In this document: positions 20,081-28,907 of the stretch, one piece after another
Numbering within the stretch: position 1 is the first letter of the stretch
Layout: each line of letters begins with the position of its first letter
NCBI GenBank assembly: GCA_002687935.1
Contig: NZBN01000006.1
Coordinates: 15,790-79,789 of the forward strand
From: Methanobacteriota archaeon
GTDB lineage: Archaea; Undinarchaeota; Undinarchaeia; Undinarchaeales; Undinarchaeaceae
DNA length: 64,000 nucleotides
Direction of reading: 5' to 3'
Translations under genes and position numbers: made by a program
Notes under the pieces: generated by a model
What the model was told of the DNA's origin: nothing
Seen by the model: the letters and a program-made list of their open reading frames with translations, nothing else
The model's database searches: none

Positions 20081-21484
20081 ATGAAAGAATACACAAAACA
20101 CAATAGAAAACAAAAACCCCAAAAAGGAAAAACAGACGCAGTAAAAAACCAAAAAATCGACCTCAGTTCTGTTGGCACCTTCAAAAAACTTGGAATAGCG
20201 GAGCCACTCTTAATGTCAATAGCAGAACAAGGCTTCGAAGAACCAACAGAAATACAAGAAAAATCAATCCCTGCAGTTTTATCTGGTAAAGATTTAATGG
20301 CAAAGGCAGCTACAGGCTCAGGAAAAACACTATCTTTCGGTGCTGGCATAATCCAAAACACAGAACAGAAAAAAGGTCTTCAGGCACTTGTTCTTACTCC
20401 TACAAGAGAGTTAGCAATACAGGCAGCAAAGGCACTGAAAGAATTTTCAAAACACAAATCCCTCAAAGTAACTGCAGTATATGGGGGGGTTTCAATAAGT
20501 AATCAAATACAAGCCCTTCGTCGTGTTGAAATTGCGGTTGCAACACCTGGTAGACTTCTTGACCACATGGAAAGAGGCACAATAAACCTAGATTCTATCA
20601 ACATACTAGTTTTAGATGAGGCAGACCGAATGCTAGATATGGGCTTCATAGATGATGTCCAGAAAATAATCCGAGCCTGCCCAAAAAACAGACAGACCTT
20701 ACTCTTTTCCGCCACACTCTCCTCTGGTGTAAAAAGACTTGCAAGAAAATATATGAGAGACCCACAGGAAGTATTTGCCGAGTCTTTCGTAGACCCCACA
20801 AAACTGGAACAAATTTATTATGATATTGAGGACAGACTAAAATTTTCACTTCTTCTACATCTTCTCAAAAATGAAGAGTCAGAGCTCGTAATGGTGTTCT
20901 GCAACACAAGACGTTTTGTTGATTTTGTATCTAAACATCTAAATGAAAGAGGTATAAACACAATGGCAATCCATGGAGGTTTCAGACAGGCAAAAAGAAC
21001 AAAAACAATGGACAAATTTCATTCTCAAAACGTCCAAGTCCTTGTTTGCACAGACGTAGCAGCCAGAGGTCTAGACATACCTATGGTTTCTCATGTCTAC
21101 AATTTTGACATACCAAAAGAAAGCAATCAATACATACACAGAATTGGTAGAACAGCAAGAGCAGGCAAAGAAGGAAAGGTAATAAACATACTTGGAAGCC
21201 GTGACTACGAAAATTTCAGAAAAGTGAAACAGGAAGCAATTGGGGATATTCCCCGTGCAGAGCTTCCAGATTTCGAAAAAATAATTATACAAGTCCCTAA
21301 AGGCCGTCCAAACAAAACAAAATATGGTTCAAGTAATAGACGTGGTCCAAATAGAAGAAGTAGTTCTTACAGAGGCAGTTCACAAAGAGGAGGCTCTCAC
21401 AGAAGAAGTGGCGGCTCAAAATCCTCCTCAAACAGACGCCCACAGAGAAGTTCAAACAGACCCTCATATAAGTCTAAAAGATAA
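20081..21484 (+). CDS. DEAD-box RNA helicase (DeaD/CshA-like)
   Basis: Q motif PTEIQ, ATGSGKT, PTRELA, DEAD, SAT, TDVAARGLD and HRIGRTAR; Arg/Ser/Gly-rich tail. Confidence 0.97.
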   Translation: MKEYTKHNRKQKPQKGKTDAVKNQKIDLSSVGTFKKLGIAEPLLMSIAEQGFEEPTEIQEKSIPAVLSGKDLMAKAATGSGKTLSFGAGIIQNTEQKKGLQALVLTPTRELAIQAAKALKEFSKHKSLKVTAVYGGVSISNQIQALRRVEIAVATPGRLLDHMERGTINLDSINILVLDEADRMLDMGFIDDVQKIIRACPKNRQTLLFSATLSSGVKRLARKYMRDPQEVFAESFVDPTKLEQIYYDIEDRLKFSLLLHLLKNEESELVMVFCNTRRFVDFVSKHLNERGINTMAIHGGFRQAKRTKTMDKFHSQNVQVLVCTDVAARGLDIPMVSHVYNFDIPKESNQYIHRIGRTARAGKEGKVINILGSRDYENFRKVKQEAIGDIPRAELPDFEKIIIQVPKGRPNKTKYGSSNRRGPNRRSSSYRGSSQRGGSHRRSGGSKSSSNRRPQRSSNRPSYKSKR

Positions 21485-21524
21485 GTCCCAAAACCTTTAA
21501 TATCAGAGAGACCACCTTCAAACT

Positions 21525-21944
21525 ATGCCAGCACCAAATGCACGCGAACTTGAAACACAATTAAGATCAATAAAAAAAACCATATTTGGTGCTCTAAATC
21601 CTGAAACAGGAGTTCTGGATAATAAAATAATATTTGAACAGGGAGAAACTCTCAAAACCTGGTTAGGTGATTTCGAAACCCTCTATTTAAATGAAGCCGC
21701 TTCAAAACCAAGTAAAACAGCCAAACTAAAAAAAGAAGGAGAAAAAATTATCGAATTTGGCTGGCATTGCTATGAAATCCTTGTGGAAGCAGACCTACAA
21801 TCTGGTGGCGCATCAAATCCTTCTCGTCGCTGGGAACCAATAGAATTTGGGACGGTTTTGGGAAATCTCAAGGAACAAATTGTATCTAATTTCACACAAT
21901 TAGAAAGCGACTACTCAACTTTTATTAAAACAATATTATTGTAG
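21525..21944 (+). CDS. Hypothetical protein
   Basis: 139 aa ORF with an upstream TTTAAT box and normal composition; no recognisable family. Confidence 0.6.
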   Translation: MPAPNARELETQLRSIKKTIFGALNPETGVLDNKIIFEQGETLKTWLGDFETLYLNEAASKPSKTAKLKKEGEKIIEFGWHCYEILVEADLQSGGASNPSRRWEPIEFGTVLGNLKEQIVSNFTQLESDYSTFIKTILL

Positions 21945-24110
21945 AGAATATTTAGATTCTATAACACTTCTTATTTCACTAGCTTTTTTCTTTCCTATTT
22001 TCTCAACAGCCATTAACTCTTCCTCACCTGCAGTAAATACTCCACTGACGCCACCAAATTCCTTCAAAAGTCTCTTGGCGAGAGAAGGTCCGACATTTGG
22101 AAGACTTTCTACAATATACTGCTGAGTTTCTGCAAGAAGTCTTGGCCTTGCCCCACTCCTCAGCCTTATTTCTCGCTTTTCATCAATCTGTTCTCTCTTA
22201 GCAATTTGGTGTATATACGCCGCAGTGTCCGAAACATCCTCACTCGTTACTATAGGAAGTTGAAAATCAATAGCTATTGTCGAAATCATCCCTCTTATAG
22301 CGTTTGGATGCAAATTCCTCTTATTGTAAAGTCCACTTCCTTCTACTATCAATAAAGGCCTTTCAAAAAGAGAGCACAAAGAAGTCACCTGATCCATCAA
22401 TCTCCCATCTACAATTGATTGCAGAAAATCATCAACACACTTTCTCTCAACCCCTACTCTATCAGAAAGTTGGAAATCTGCAACATCTAATTGCTTCAAT
22501 TGAATTTCACATCCAAATTTTGACAAAGCTTTCAAAATACCTGAACCAGATTCCCTTGAATCAGCAATAACAACTATCTTTTCCCCATTATTTTCAGAAA
22601 AAGTACCAAGAGTCTTCTGAGCTGCTGGTTTTAAATCAACTCCTCCTAAAGCCCGAACCATCCCCTCTTCCTTCTTTTTTGAGCTCCAATAATATGCTTC
22701 ATCTCTAGTCCCCTTTGACATCAATATAAACACATTCCCTGGAGAAGTTCTTGCAGTCCTTCCACTTCTCTGTATGCTCCGTATAGCACTCGGAACTGGC
22801 TCATAAAAAATAACACTCTCAACAACAGGAATATCCAAACCTTCTTCGCCAACAGAAGTTGCCACAAGAACTCTAAACTCACCTTTCTTAAATTTCTCAA
22901 TCTGACTTATCTGAACTTTCTGACTCTGCCCTTTTGTTCGTCTTCCTGTCTGTCCGATAAGCTTTCCTACCGAAATTCCTTTCTCTATTAAAAAATCCAC
23001 AATATTATCAACACTTGCTCTATAATTAGCAAAAACCAAAGCCTGCCCACCAGTATTTGAAATTATTTCATACAATTTCTCCATCTTGGGGTGCTCAAAC
23101 CCTACCTTGGCAAGACTATCAACTTCAGCAAAACACATTTTCATTCTCGGATCCGTTCTCAACCTTTGAGCTGCTTTCGTCGGATCGTTCTTAAGTTTTC
23201 TAAAATATTCCTGCAGAGGAACAATTCCCTGCGTCTCCAGAAGCTCCTGCGCATAATAAACCTTCATAGCCCCTGCGGCAATTGACATATATTTATACAA
23301 ATCAGGATTCTCTGCCGCATCCTTCGCCAAAGCTCCTTGCAATTTCAACAAATCAAGCTTCTTCACATACTTACTATTTCCTAAAAGCTCGGAAGCTCGC
23401 AAGCTTGCAATATTTTCCTTGAATACTTTATCAAGTGCCTCCTTCATCCGCATAAATTCTCTTGGCAAGTCAACATATACCCATTCCATCTTTCTTTTTC
23501 GGACATATGGCGCAACATCCTCATGCTCCCTACTCCTATACTCAATCTTTTCCAAAGAAAGCTCCTTACAAATTTTCTCAATATCCTCTTTCCGACTTCC
23601 CGGCGATGCAGTCAAAGCAAGAACTCTGGAAAATCGGGACTCCTCCATATATTTTTCAGCAATAAATGAATAAGGATATTCTCCAACCGCGCGATGAGCT
23701 TCATCAACAATTAAAAGCGAATAATCTTCTAAGGATAGAGTCTTCGACAACAAATCATTTTGAATAACTTGAGGAGTTGCGAAAATAAACTGCGCATCAT
23801 TATAAATCACCTTTCTCTTATCTGGTGAAATTTCTCCTGTCAGTGACACAAACTCATCGTCTCCAAACACAAAGGCATTCTCCCACACCTGTCTATGTTG
23901 TTCAACAAGAGGTTTCGTCGGAGCAACAAAAAGAACTCTCCCTTCTGGATGTTTTCCAAGCCTCTGCGCGGCTAAAAGAGCGGCAACAAAAGTTTTTCCT
24001 AAACCTGTCGGAAGCACAACTAATGTATTATTTTTTGCAGCAGTCCCCAAAATAGTCTCTTGATAGAGTCTCTTTTCTATTACTCCTTCTTTCAAAAACC
24101 CACTTCCCAT
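21936..24110 (-). CDS. hef: Hef helicase-nuclease (FANCM-like SF2 helicase + ERCC4 nuclease + HhH)
   Basis: LPTGLGKT, DEAHRA, TASPG, ATSVGEEGLD, QRSGRTAR, ADSRE...VERKCVDDF and HhH (LPNVGPSLA, KIGKKKA). Confidence 0.97.
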   Translation of the reverse strand: MGSGFLKEGVIEKRLYQETILGTAAKNNTLVVLPTGLGKTFVAALLAAQRLGKHPEGRVLFVAPTKPLVEQHRQVWENAFVFGDDEFVSLTGEISPDKRKVIYNDAQFIFATPQVIQNDLLSKTLSLEDYSLLIVDEAHRAVGEYPYSFIAEKYMEESRFSRVLALTASPGSRKEDIEKICKELSLEKIEYRSREHEDVAPYVRKRKMEWVYVDLPREFMRMKEALDKVFKENIASLRASELLGNSKYVKKLDLLKLQGALAKDAAENPDLYKYMSIAAGAMKVYYAQELLETQGIVPLQEYFRKLKNDPTKAAQRLRTDPRMKMCFAEVDSLAKVGFEHPKMEKLYEIISNTGGQALVFANYRASVDNIVDFLIEKGISVGKLIGQTGRRTKGQSQKVQISQIEKFKKGEFRVLVATSVGEEGLDIPVVESVIFYEPVPSAIRSIQRSGRTARTSPGNVFILMSKGTRDEAYYWSSKKKEEGMVRALGGVDLKPAAQKTLGTFSENNGEKIVVIADSRESGSGILKALSKFGCEIQLKQLDVADFQLSDRVGVERKCVDDFLQSIVDGRLMDQVTSLCSLFERPLLIVEGSGLYNKRNLHPNAIRGMISTIAIDFQLPIVTSEDVSDTAAYIHQIAKREQIDEKREIRLRSGARPRLLAETQQYIVESLPNVGPSLAKRLLKEFGGVSGVFTAGEEELMAVEKIGKKKASEIRSVIESKYSLQ

Positions 24111-24198
24111 AACACTATCTTGTTTTACATTCTATATATTTTAGTGCATCCTCAAAAACTATATAAGACCTACAATACTTCAGTAGTCGGTCACTATC

Positions 24199-24417
24199 AT
24201 GAAAAAATCGGTTCAAAAAAAACACGAAAAAACATTACCTACTTGGATGACTACACTTTCTAATAAAATTCTTCCCCCTCTCTTTTTCTTTTCCCTGGCA
24301 GTTCTAACTCTTCATTTGATGCCCCTCGCCGGAACAAAGGTTCTCAAACTCAATCTCGGAATACTCTCAATAACTTCCTCAACAATCTCTTTTTATCTCA
24401 CTATTCTCCTTCTCTAA
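24199..24417 (+). CDS. Possible small membrane protein
   Basis: 72 aa with a basic N-terminus and two hydrophobic segments; no competing ORF on the other strand, but no family recognised. Confidence 0.35.
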   Translation: MKKSVQKKHEKTLPTWMTTLSNKILPPLFFFSLAVLTLHLMPLAGTKVLKLNLGILSITSSTISFYLTILLL

Positions 24418-24449
24418 AACTTTATAAACATACTTGAATAATCTTTAAT

Positions 24450-24950
24450 ATGGGAGTCCGGGTACTATTTGGTGGAATTTTTAAAAAAATAAAAGGACGT
24501 TTTTCCGACGAAGATGATTTAGATGATGAAATTGGAACATCTGATGATCTTGATGATGAATTATCTGATGATGAATTATCTGATGATGAATTATCTGATG
24601 ATGATTTAGATGAGGATCTTGATGATGAAGAGTCACCCCTACAAACAATTCCTCAAACCCCAACAAAACCTGAACTACTCCCTTCTCTTGAATCTCAAAA
24701 AGAAGCCTCACTACCACAAACTCCACAAAGTTCTACTACACCACAAGATTCCGAAAAAATAGAGACAGAGTTGGCAACCATAAGAACTAAAATAGATTTA
24801 CTGGAATCTCATCTCCAGAATATAGAGAGTAAAGAAGCATTATACAAATCTGAGGCAGACCGCTATATGCAATACCTCACATATATCAGCGACAAACTTG
24901 ACAATTTGGCAAGGGAGCACACTGAAATAGAAAGGCTAGTTCGTCAATAA
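24450..24950 (+). CDS. Hypothetical protein: amphipathic N-terminus, acidic DDELS repeats, Pro/Gln/Thr linker, C-terminal coiled coil
   Basis: 166 aa; composition and heptad pattern read directly. Confidence 0.75.
   Translation: MGVRVLFGGIFKKIKGRFSDEDDLDDEIGTSDDLDDELSDDELSDDELSDDDLDEDLDDEESPLQTIPQTPTKPELLPSLESQKEASLPQTPQSSTTPQDSEKIETELATIRTKIDLLESHLQNIESKEALYKSEADRYMQYLTYISDKLDNLAREHTEIERLVRQ
24551..24610 (+). repeat. 15-bp tandem repeat (TGATGATGAATTATC)x3 plus a degenerate copy
   Basis: Perfect copies at 24551, 24566 and 24581; degenerate copy at 24596; in frame, encodes DDELS. Confidence 0.9.
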
Positions 24951-24952
24951 AT

Positions 24953-25549
24953 ATGCCAAGACGTAAAAACGAAGCTATCAGGGTCTCAAAGAGAAGTCTT
25001 TTAGCATTTTCTCTGGCTATTATTGGAATTATTGCATTCATTGTTCTTCTTCCCTTTCTAAAATGGGCTTCTCATGGAAGATATATGATTCTCCTTATAA
25101 TTTTCCTTGCCATCTTCATAACTCGCAGGGCAGATTCCTGGAAAGTTGGAATAGAAGTATTCTACCTCTCAGCCTTTTTATTAGCATATACTTACAATCT
25201 ATTCGTATCACTCGCCATATCTTTCTTTGCCTTCTATTTCGTCGTAAAAACAAAACCTTCTGAGGGAGCAGGAATAGTAATTCACAGTATAATGGTCACA
25301 ATACTTGCCACGACTGCGAGCGTTTTATCGGGGCATTTTGGAACAAGTTTGTCACAAACACAATTCTTTTGGTCCACATATATCTCCATACTTATTATTA
25401 TCTGGTTGGATGCTATAGTGGTATTCTTTTCTGCACCTGTTCCCCTCCCTAAAAATATCATAACACACTCTATGGGTAGCTTTGCTAATTACTTAATAAT
25501 CTCAAAAATAGGCTATCCCCTCTTCCTATACCTTCTCAGCCTGCAGTAA
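24953..25549 (+). CDS. Multi-pass membrane protein, unknown function (ECF S-component-like size and topology)
   Basis: 198 aa, ~6 TM helices; shares the GIE...Y pattern with 46982..47539. Confidence 0.6.
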   Translation: MPRRKNEAIRVSKRSLLAFSLAIIGIIAFIVLLPFLKWASHGRYMILLIIFLAIFITRRADSWKVGIEVFYLSAFLLAYTYNLFVSLAISFFAFYFVVKTKPSEGAGIVIHSIMVTILATTASVLSGHFGTSLSQTQFFWSTYISILIIIWLDAIVVFFSAPVPLPKNIITHSMGSFANYLIISKIGYPLFLYLLSLQ

Positions 25550-26866
25550 TTAGCGAGCTCTGATTATTTTATCAATCTGCGTTTTCACAGAACCAATATA
25601 ATTTTTTGGATCGAGAACTTCAATAAGTTCTTCTTCAGAAAGGTGTTCCCTTATCTTGGGTTTCTTCTTCAAAACTTCCATCAATTCAATATCTTTTTTA
25701 GAGCTCTCCAATGAAGCCTCTCTAATAATTGCATGTGCTTTATCTCGCTCCATACCTTTCTCAACAAGCTTCAACATAACCGCTTCTGACATAAAACGCC
25801 CCTTTGTTAGCGTTATATTTCGATGTATTTTATCAGGGTAGACATTTAGACCCTGCATTATCTGTGTTGTCTCTTCTATAACAAAATCCGTCAAAATAAA
25901 AGTTTCCGGAAAAATTATACCCTCACAACTGGAATTTGTTAAATCTCTTTCATGCTCAAGTGGAATATTCTCCAGAGCCGGAATAATGTTTGACCTTAGG
26001 TATCTGACAATCCCTGTAATTCTCTCCGACCTCCCGGGATTTCGCTTCTGAGGCATTCCTGCGCTCGCAATTCGCCCCTTCTTAAAAGGCTCTTCCAATT
26101 CTCCTATCTCAGTTCTCTGCATGTTCCTTATTTCTTTTGAAATTTTCTGAAGAGTCTGTCCTATCATAACTAAGGTAAAAATAACATCGGCATGTCTATC
26201 TCTCTGAATAACCTGTGTTGTCGCTCTAGAACTTTTCAGTCCAAATTCCTTCATTACTAAATCTTGTATTTTTGCAGCATTTTTCCCGAAACTTGCTCCT
26301 GTTCCAACAGCGCCTGTCATCTTACCATAGTGTATATTTTTCTTAGAGTTGTCTACCCTTTCCAACTGCCTGTCAATTTCACAGGACCAAACCGCAAACT
26401 TAAAGCCCAAAGTCGTTGGAACTGCGTGCTGTCCATGAGTCCTTCCTATTATAATCAAATCTCTATACTGCTTTGCCATATCCAGAAGAACCAATCTCAA
26501 ATTCTTAAGTCTTTTCTCAATTACACTTAATGCTTCTCCAAAAATAAGAGCCCACCCAGTATCAATTATATCATAAGATGTTGCTCCAAGGTGAACATAT
26601 TTTCCATATTCTCCTGATTTTTCGGCCAAGGCAGTTGAAACTGCAAGAATTCTGTGCTGCAGCTCTTCTTCTAACTCTCCAATCCTTTCAAGCTTTATTG
26701 TTTTCAAATTGGCATTTTTCCCAATAATATCTGCCGCTTTCTTAGGAATATTTCCAACAGATGCTTGCGCTTTTACGAGAGCTACCTCTATAGAAAGCCA
26801 TTTCTCAAGAATATGTTCTTCGGAGAAAATTTCCTCCATTTCCTTTGTTGTATGTATATTTTTCAT
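25550..26866 (-). CDS. purB: Adenylosuccinate lyase
   Basis: VHLGATSYDIID, GRTHGQHAVPTT, signature SAGMPQKRNP and HERDLTNSS. Confidence 0.96.
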   Translation of the reverse strand: MKNIHTTKEMEEIFSEEHILEKWLSIEVALVKAQASVGNIPKKAADIIGKNANLKTIKLERIGELEEELQHRILAVSTALAEKSGEYGKYVHLGATSYDIIDTGWALIFGEALSVIEKRLKNLRLVLLDMAKQYRDLIIIGRTHGQHAVPTTLGFKFAVWSCEIDRQLERVDNSKKNIHYGKMTGAVGTGASFGKNAAKIQDLVMKEFGLKSSRATTQVIQRDRHADVIFTLVMIGQTLQKISKEIRNMQRTEIGELEEPFKKGRIASAGMPQKRNPGRSERITGIVRYLRSNIIPALENIPLEHERDLTNSSCEGIIFPETFILTDFVIEETTQIMQGLNVYPDKIHRNITLTKGRFMSEAVMLKLVEKGMERDKAHAIIREASLESSKKDIELMEVLKKKPKIREHLSEEELIEVLDPKNYIGSVKTQIDKIIRAR

Positions 26867-26932
26867 ATGGATATTACCTTATTTTAAAAACCCAAAACAA
26901 GGCACATATACTTACATATGCTGACATAGCTT

Positions 26933-27502
26933 TTAAATCTTTACACCACTAAATATCCAGAAAGCGATGCCCATTGCCCCAGCCCAAACTCTCCAGTCCC
27001 ATTTAAAGACTTTTTGTCCATCAAGCGGATAAATTGGTATAAGATTAAAAATTGCAAGGAAGGAGTTCACATAAGCCCCAATCCATCCCAAAATTGCCAA
27101 AAAGTTATTATTTGTATACATAAAGGACATAAAAAATACTGCCAGAAGAACATTTATCATAGGTCCAACAACAGCAACCAAACCAACATTTCTATCTGAA
27201 TGTCTAACCCGGCCTCCAAAATAAACAGCACCCGGAGCTATAAAAGTCCATCCAAAAATCGACAGGAAGGCCGCAAATATAAGTCCCTCCTTCCACATCT
27301 TATAGTGCGCATGATAGCCTTTTTTCTGCGCCATAAACTTATGCCCCAATTCATGCAATATAAACCCTGGACCAATTGCAAGAATTGCAAAAATAAACAT
27401 CATAGGACTTCTCATTGAAACTGCTACAACAGCTGACATAACAAGAACGGAAATACTAAGATCCTGCAATTCCTGCTGTGTAAATCTTCCTCTCAAATTC
27501 AT
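26933..27502 (-). CDS. Site-2 protease (M50) family zinc metalloprotease
   Basis: HELGH, GP-x-I-N and FNLIPIYPLDG. Confidence 0.93.
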   Translation of the reverse strand: MNLRGRFTQQELQDLSISVLVMSAVVAVSMRSPMMFIFAILAIGPGFILHELGHKFMAQKKGYHAHYKMWKEGLIFAAFLSIFGWTFIAPGAVYFGGRVRHSDRNVGLVAVVGPMINVLLAVFFMSFMYTNNNFLAILGWIGAYVNSFLAIFNLIPIYPLDGQKVFKWDWRVWAGAMGIAFWIFSGVKI

Positions 27503-27584
27503 ATTGTTCCTTATTTTCTCTGTCTTATACTTTTTCCGACAAACTATTTAAACAAGAACCACTTAGTGAAAATTGGGAGAAATA

Positions 27585-27908
27585 ATGACAGTAACAAACT
27601 TGACAAACCTCACAGGAAAGGACGTTTACACACGCGGCGCTGAATACGTCGGAAAGGTGGAAGATGCAATGCTTGACACCGAAAAAGGAAGCATTTCCGG
27701 CTTTACAATTTCTATGGCTCCTGAAAGTTTCCTCTATAAAACACTTTCACAAGGGGAACAGGGAGTAAAGAAAAGCGTTCTAATCCCTTACAAGGAAATC
27801 CTTGCCTGCAAAGACATAGTCCTAGTAACAGCACCAAAACAACTACTTCCAAAACAGGCTGAAGAAGAAGACCACGACGAGTCTCCAATCCCCGGTCTAA
27901 TAGATTAA
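27585..27908 (+). CDS. PRC-barrel domain protein (CdpB1-like)
   Basis: LTGKDVYTRGAEYVGKVEDAMLD...VLIPYKEILACKDIVLV; ATG at 27585 (track starts at TTG 27573). Confidence 0.85.
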   Translation: MTVTNLTNLTGKDVYTRGAEYVGKVEDAMLDTEKGSISGFTISMAPESFLYKTLSQGEQGVKKSVLIPYKEILACKDIVLVTAPKQLLPKQAEEEDHDESPIPGLID

Positions 27909-27975
27909 TTTATTTATTTTTCATTAACAGCGCTAGCGCTGATTCTTCTCAAATAAGGGGATTCACCCCAAAAAC

Positions 27976-28386
27976 TTAGTTTGCCTGTTCTTCTTCGTTT
28001 TCAGTCGTTTCTTCTTCAACTTCTTCATCAGCTACAGGCTCTTCAGGAACAACTTCTTCAGCCGGTGCCTCTTCTTCATCAGCTACAGGCTCTTCAGGAA
28101 CAACTTCTTCAGCCTCAGAAGATTCTTCAACTGGTTCAGCTTGCGCCGAAACTTCGCCTGCCATTTCTTTTACCTTGGTGCAGATAAAATCTACAACCTC
28201 TGGTGCGAGCGGAACAGCAAAGCTTTTCTTGAAGCGCTTGCTTCCGTCAGGAGCGTAATATCCGCGCGAAATCGCCACGAACTCATTGCTGCCTTCTTCA
28301 GCAACAGCTTCCTTTCTTGCAACTTCTATGAAGTTGTTGTTTCCAAATTGTATTTCTTCTGTTTTCAGTGTTTTGAATTCTACCAT
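27976..28386 (-). CDS. Conserved archaeal hypothetical protein, possibly a PC4/Whirly-like beta-sheet fold, with an acidic tail
   Basis: FGNNNFIEVARK...FVAISRGYYAPDGSKRFKKSFAVP; SD GGAGG upstream; Glu-rich C-terminal ~60 aa. Confidence 0.7.
   Translation of the reverse strand: MVEFKTLKTEEIQFGNNNFIEVARKEAVAEEGSNEFVAISRGYYAPDGSKRFKKSFAVPLAPEVVDFICTKVKEMAGEVSAQAEPVEESSEAEEVVPEEPVADEEEAPAEEVVPEEPVADEEVEEETTENEEEQAN
28020..28114 (-). repeat. 44-bp direct repeat with 51-bp period, encoding AEEVVPEEPVADEE twice
   Basis: Identical segments at 28020-28063 and 28071-28114. Confidence 0.9.
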
Positions 28387-28523
28387 TGTATTTTCCTCCG
28401 TGTATGGAAACTAATCTTTTAAAATGCTCAAAAAAGACAATTCTAGTTTAATCAGTTTCCCTTTGCAATCTATGACTGTTTTATCTTGTTCTTAAGCTTT
28501 ATGTATGACTTGATGAAGGTGAC

Positions 28524-28899
28524 TCAGCGCCTGAATATTTTTTTCAAGGTCTTGATATCGTATCCTCTGGAACGTTCATCAATCAGTTGGAAAAGTCCTC
28601 CCTGCGCAACCATTAAACCAGCAATTGTAGCTCCTCCGGCTGCCCACATTGCTTGTCCAAAACCCCCTTCCTCAAAACCCATAAGAAAGGTTGCCATCAA
28701 TATCCCACTTACACTTATTGTGGAACCAACAACAATCATAAATGAAGACCACCCAAAAGTCCCCGGCTCCAGAAAGATCACTCTCTCCAATTCTATCAAA
28801 TGCAGGTCTTAGCTCAGGAAATACTTCATACAATTCAACAAGACCCTTGACTAATTTCTCTACACTTTCTTCAAAGCCTTATCTATCTTCTTTGGTCAT
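28524..28899 (-). pseudogene. Probably disrupted small membrane-protein gene (or two short ORFs)
   Basis: SD-led ATG at 28899 hits TAA after 6 codons, then stays open to 28672. A second frame (28799..28524) encodes two TM helices. Confidence 0.35.
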
Positions 28900-28907
28900 A
28901 GCCTCTC

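Noticed and set aside
9033-24110. Inteins in AtpA, DP2, Cdc6 or Hef
   Set aside because: Lengths are normal and the conserved motifs are contiguous; no LAGLIDADG or HN-C/S/T junctions were seen.
28879-28881. Stop-codon reassignment suggested by an in-frame TAA
   Set aside because: TAA, TAG and TGA all end conserved genes at the expected positions elsewhere in the window.
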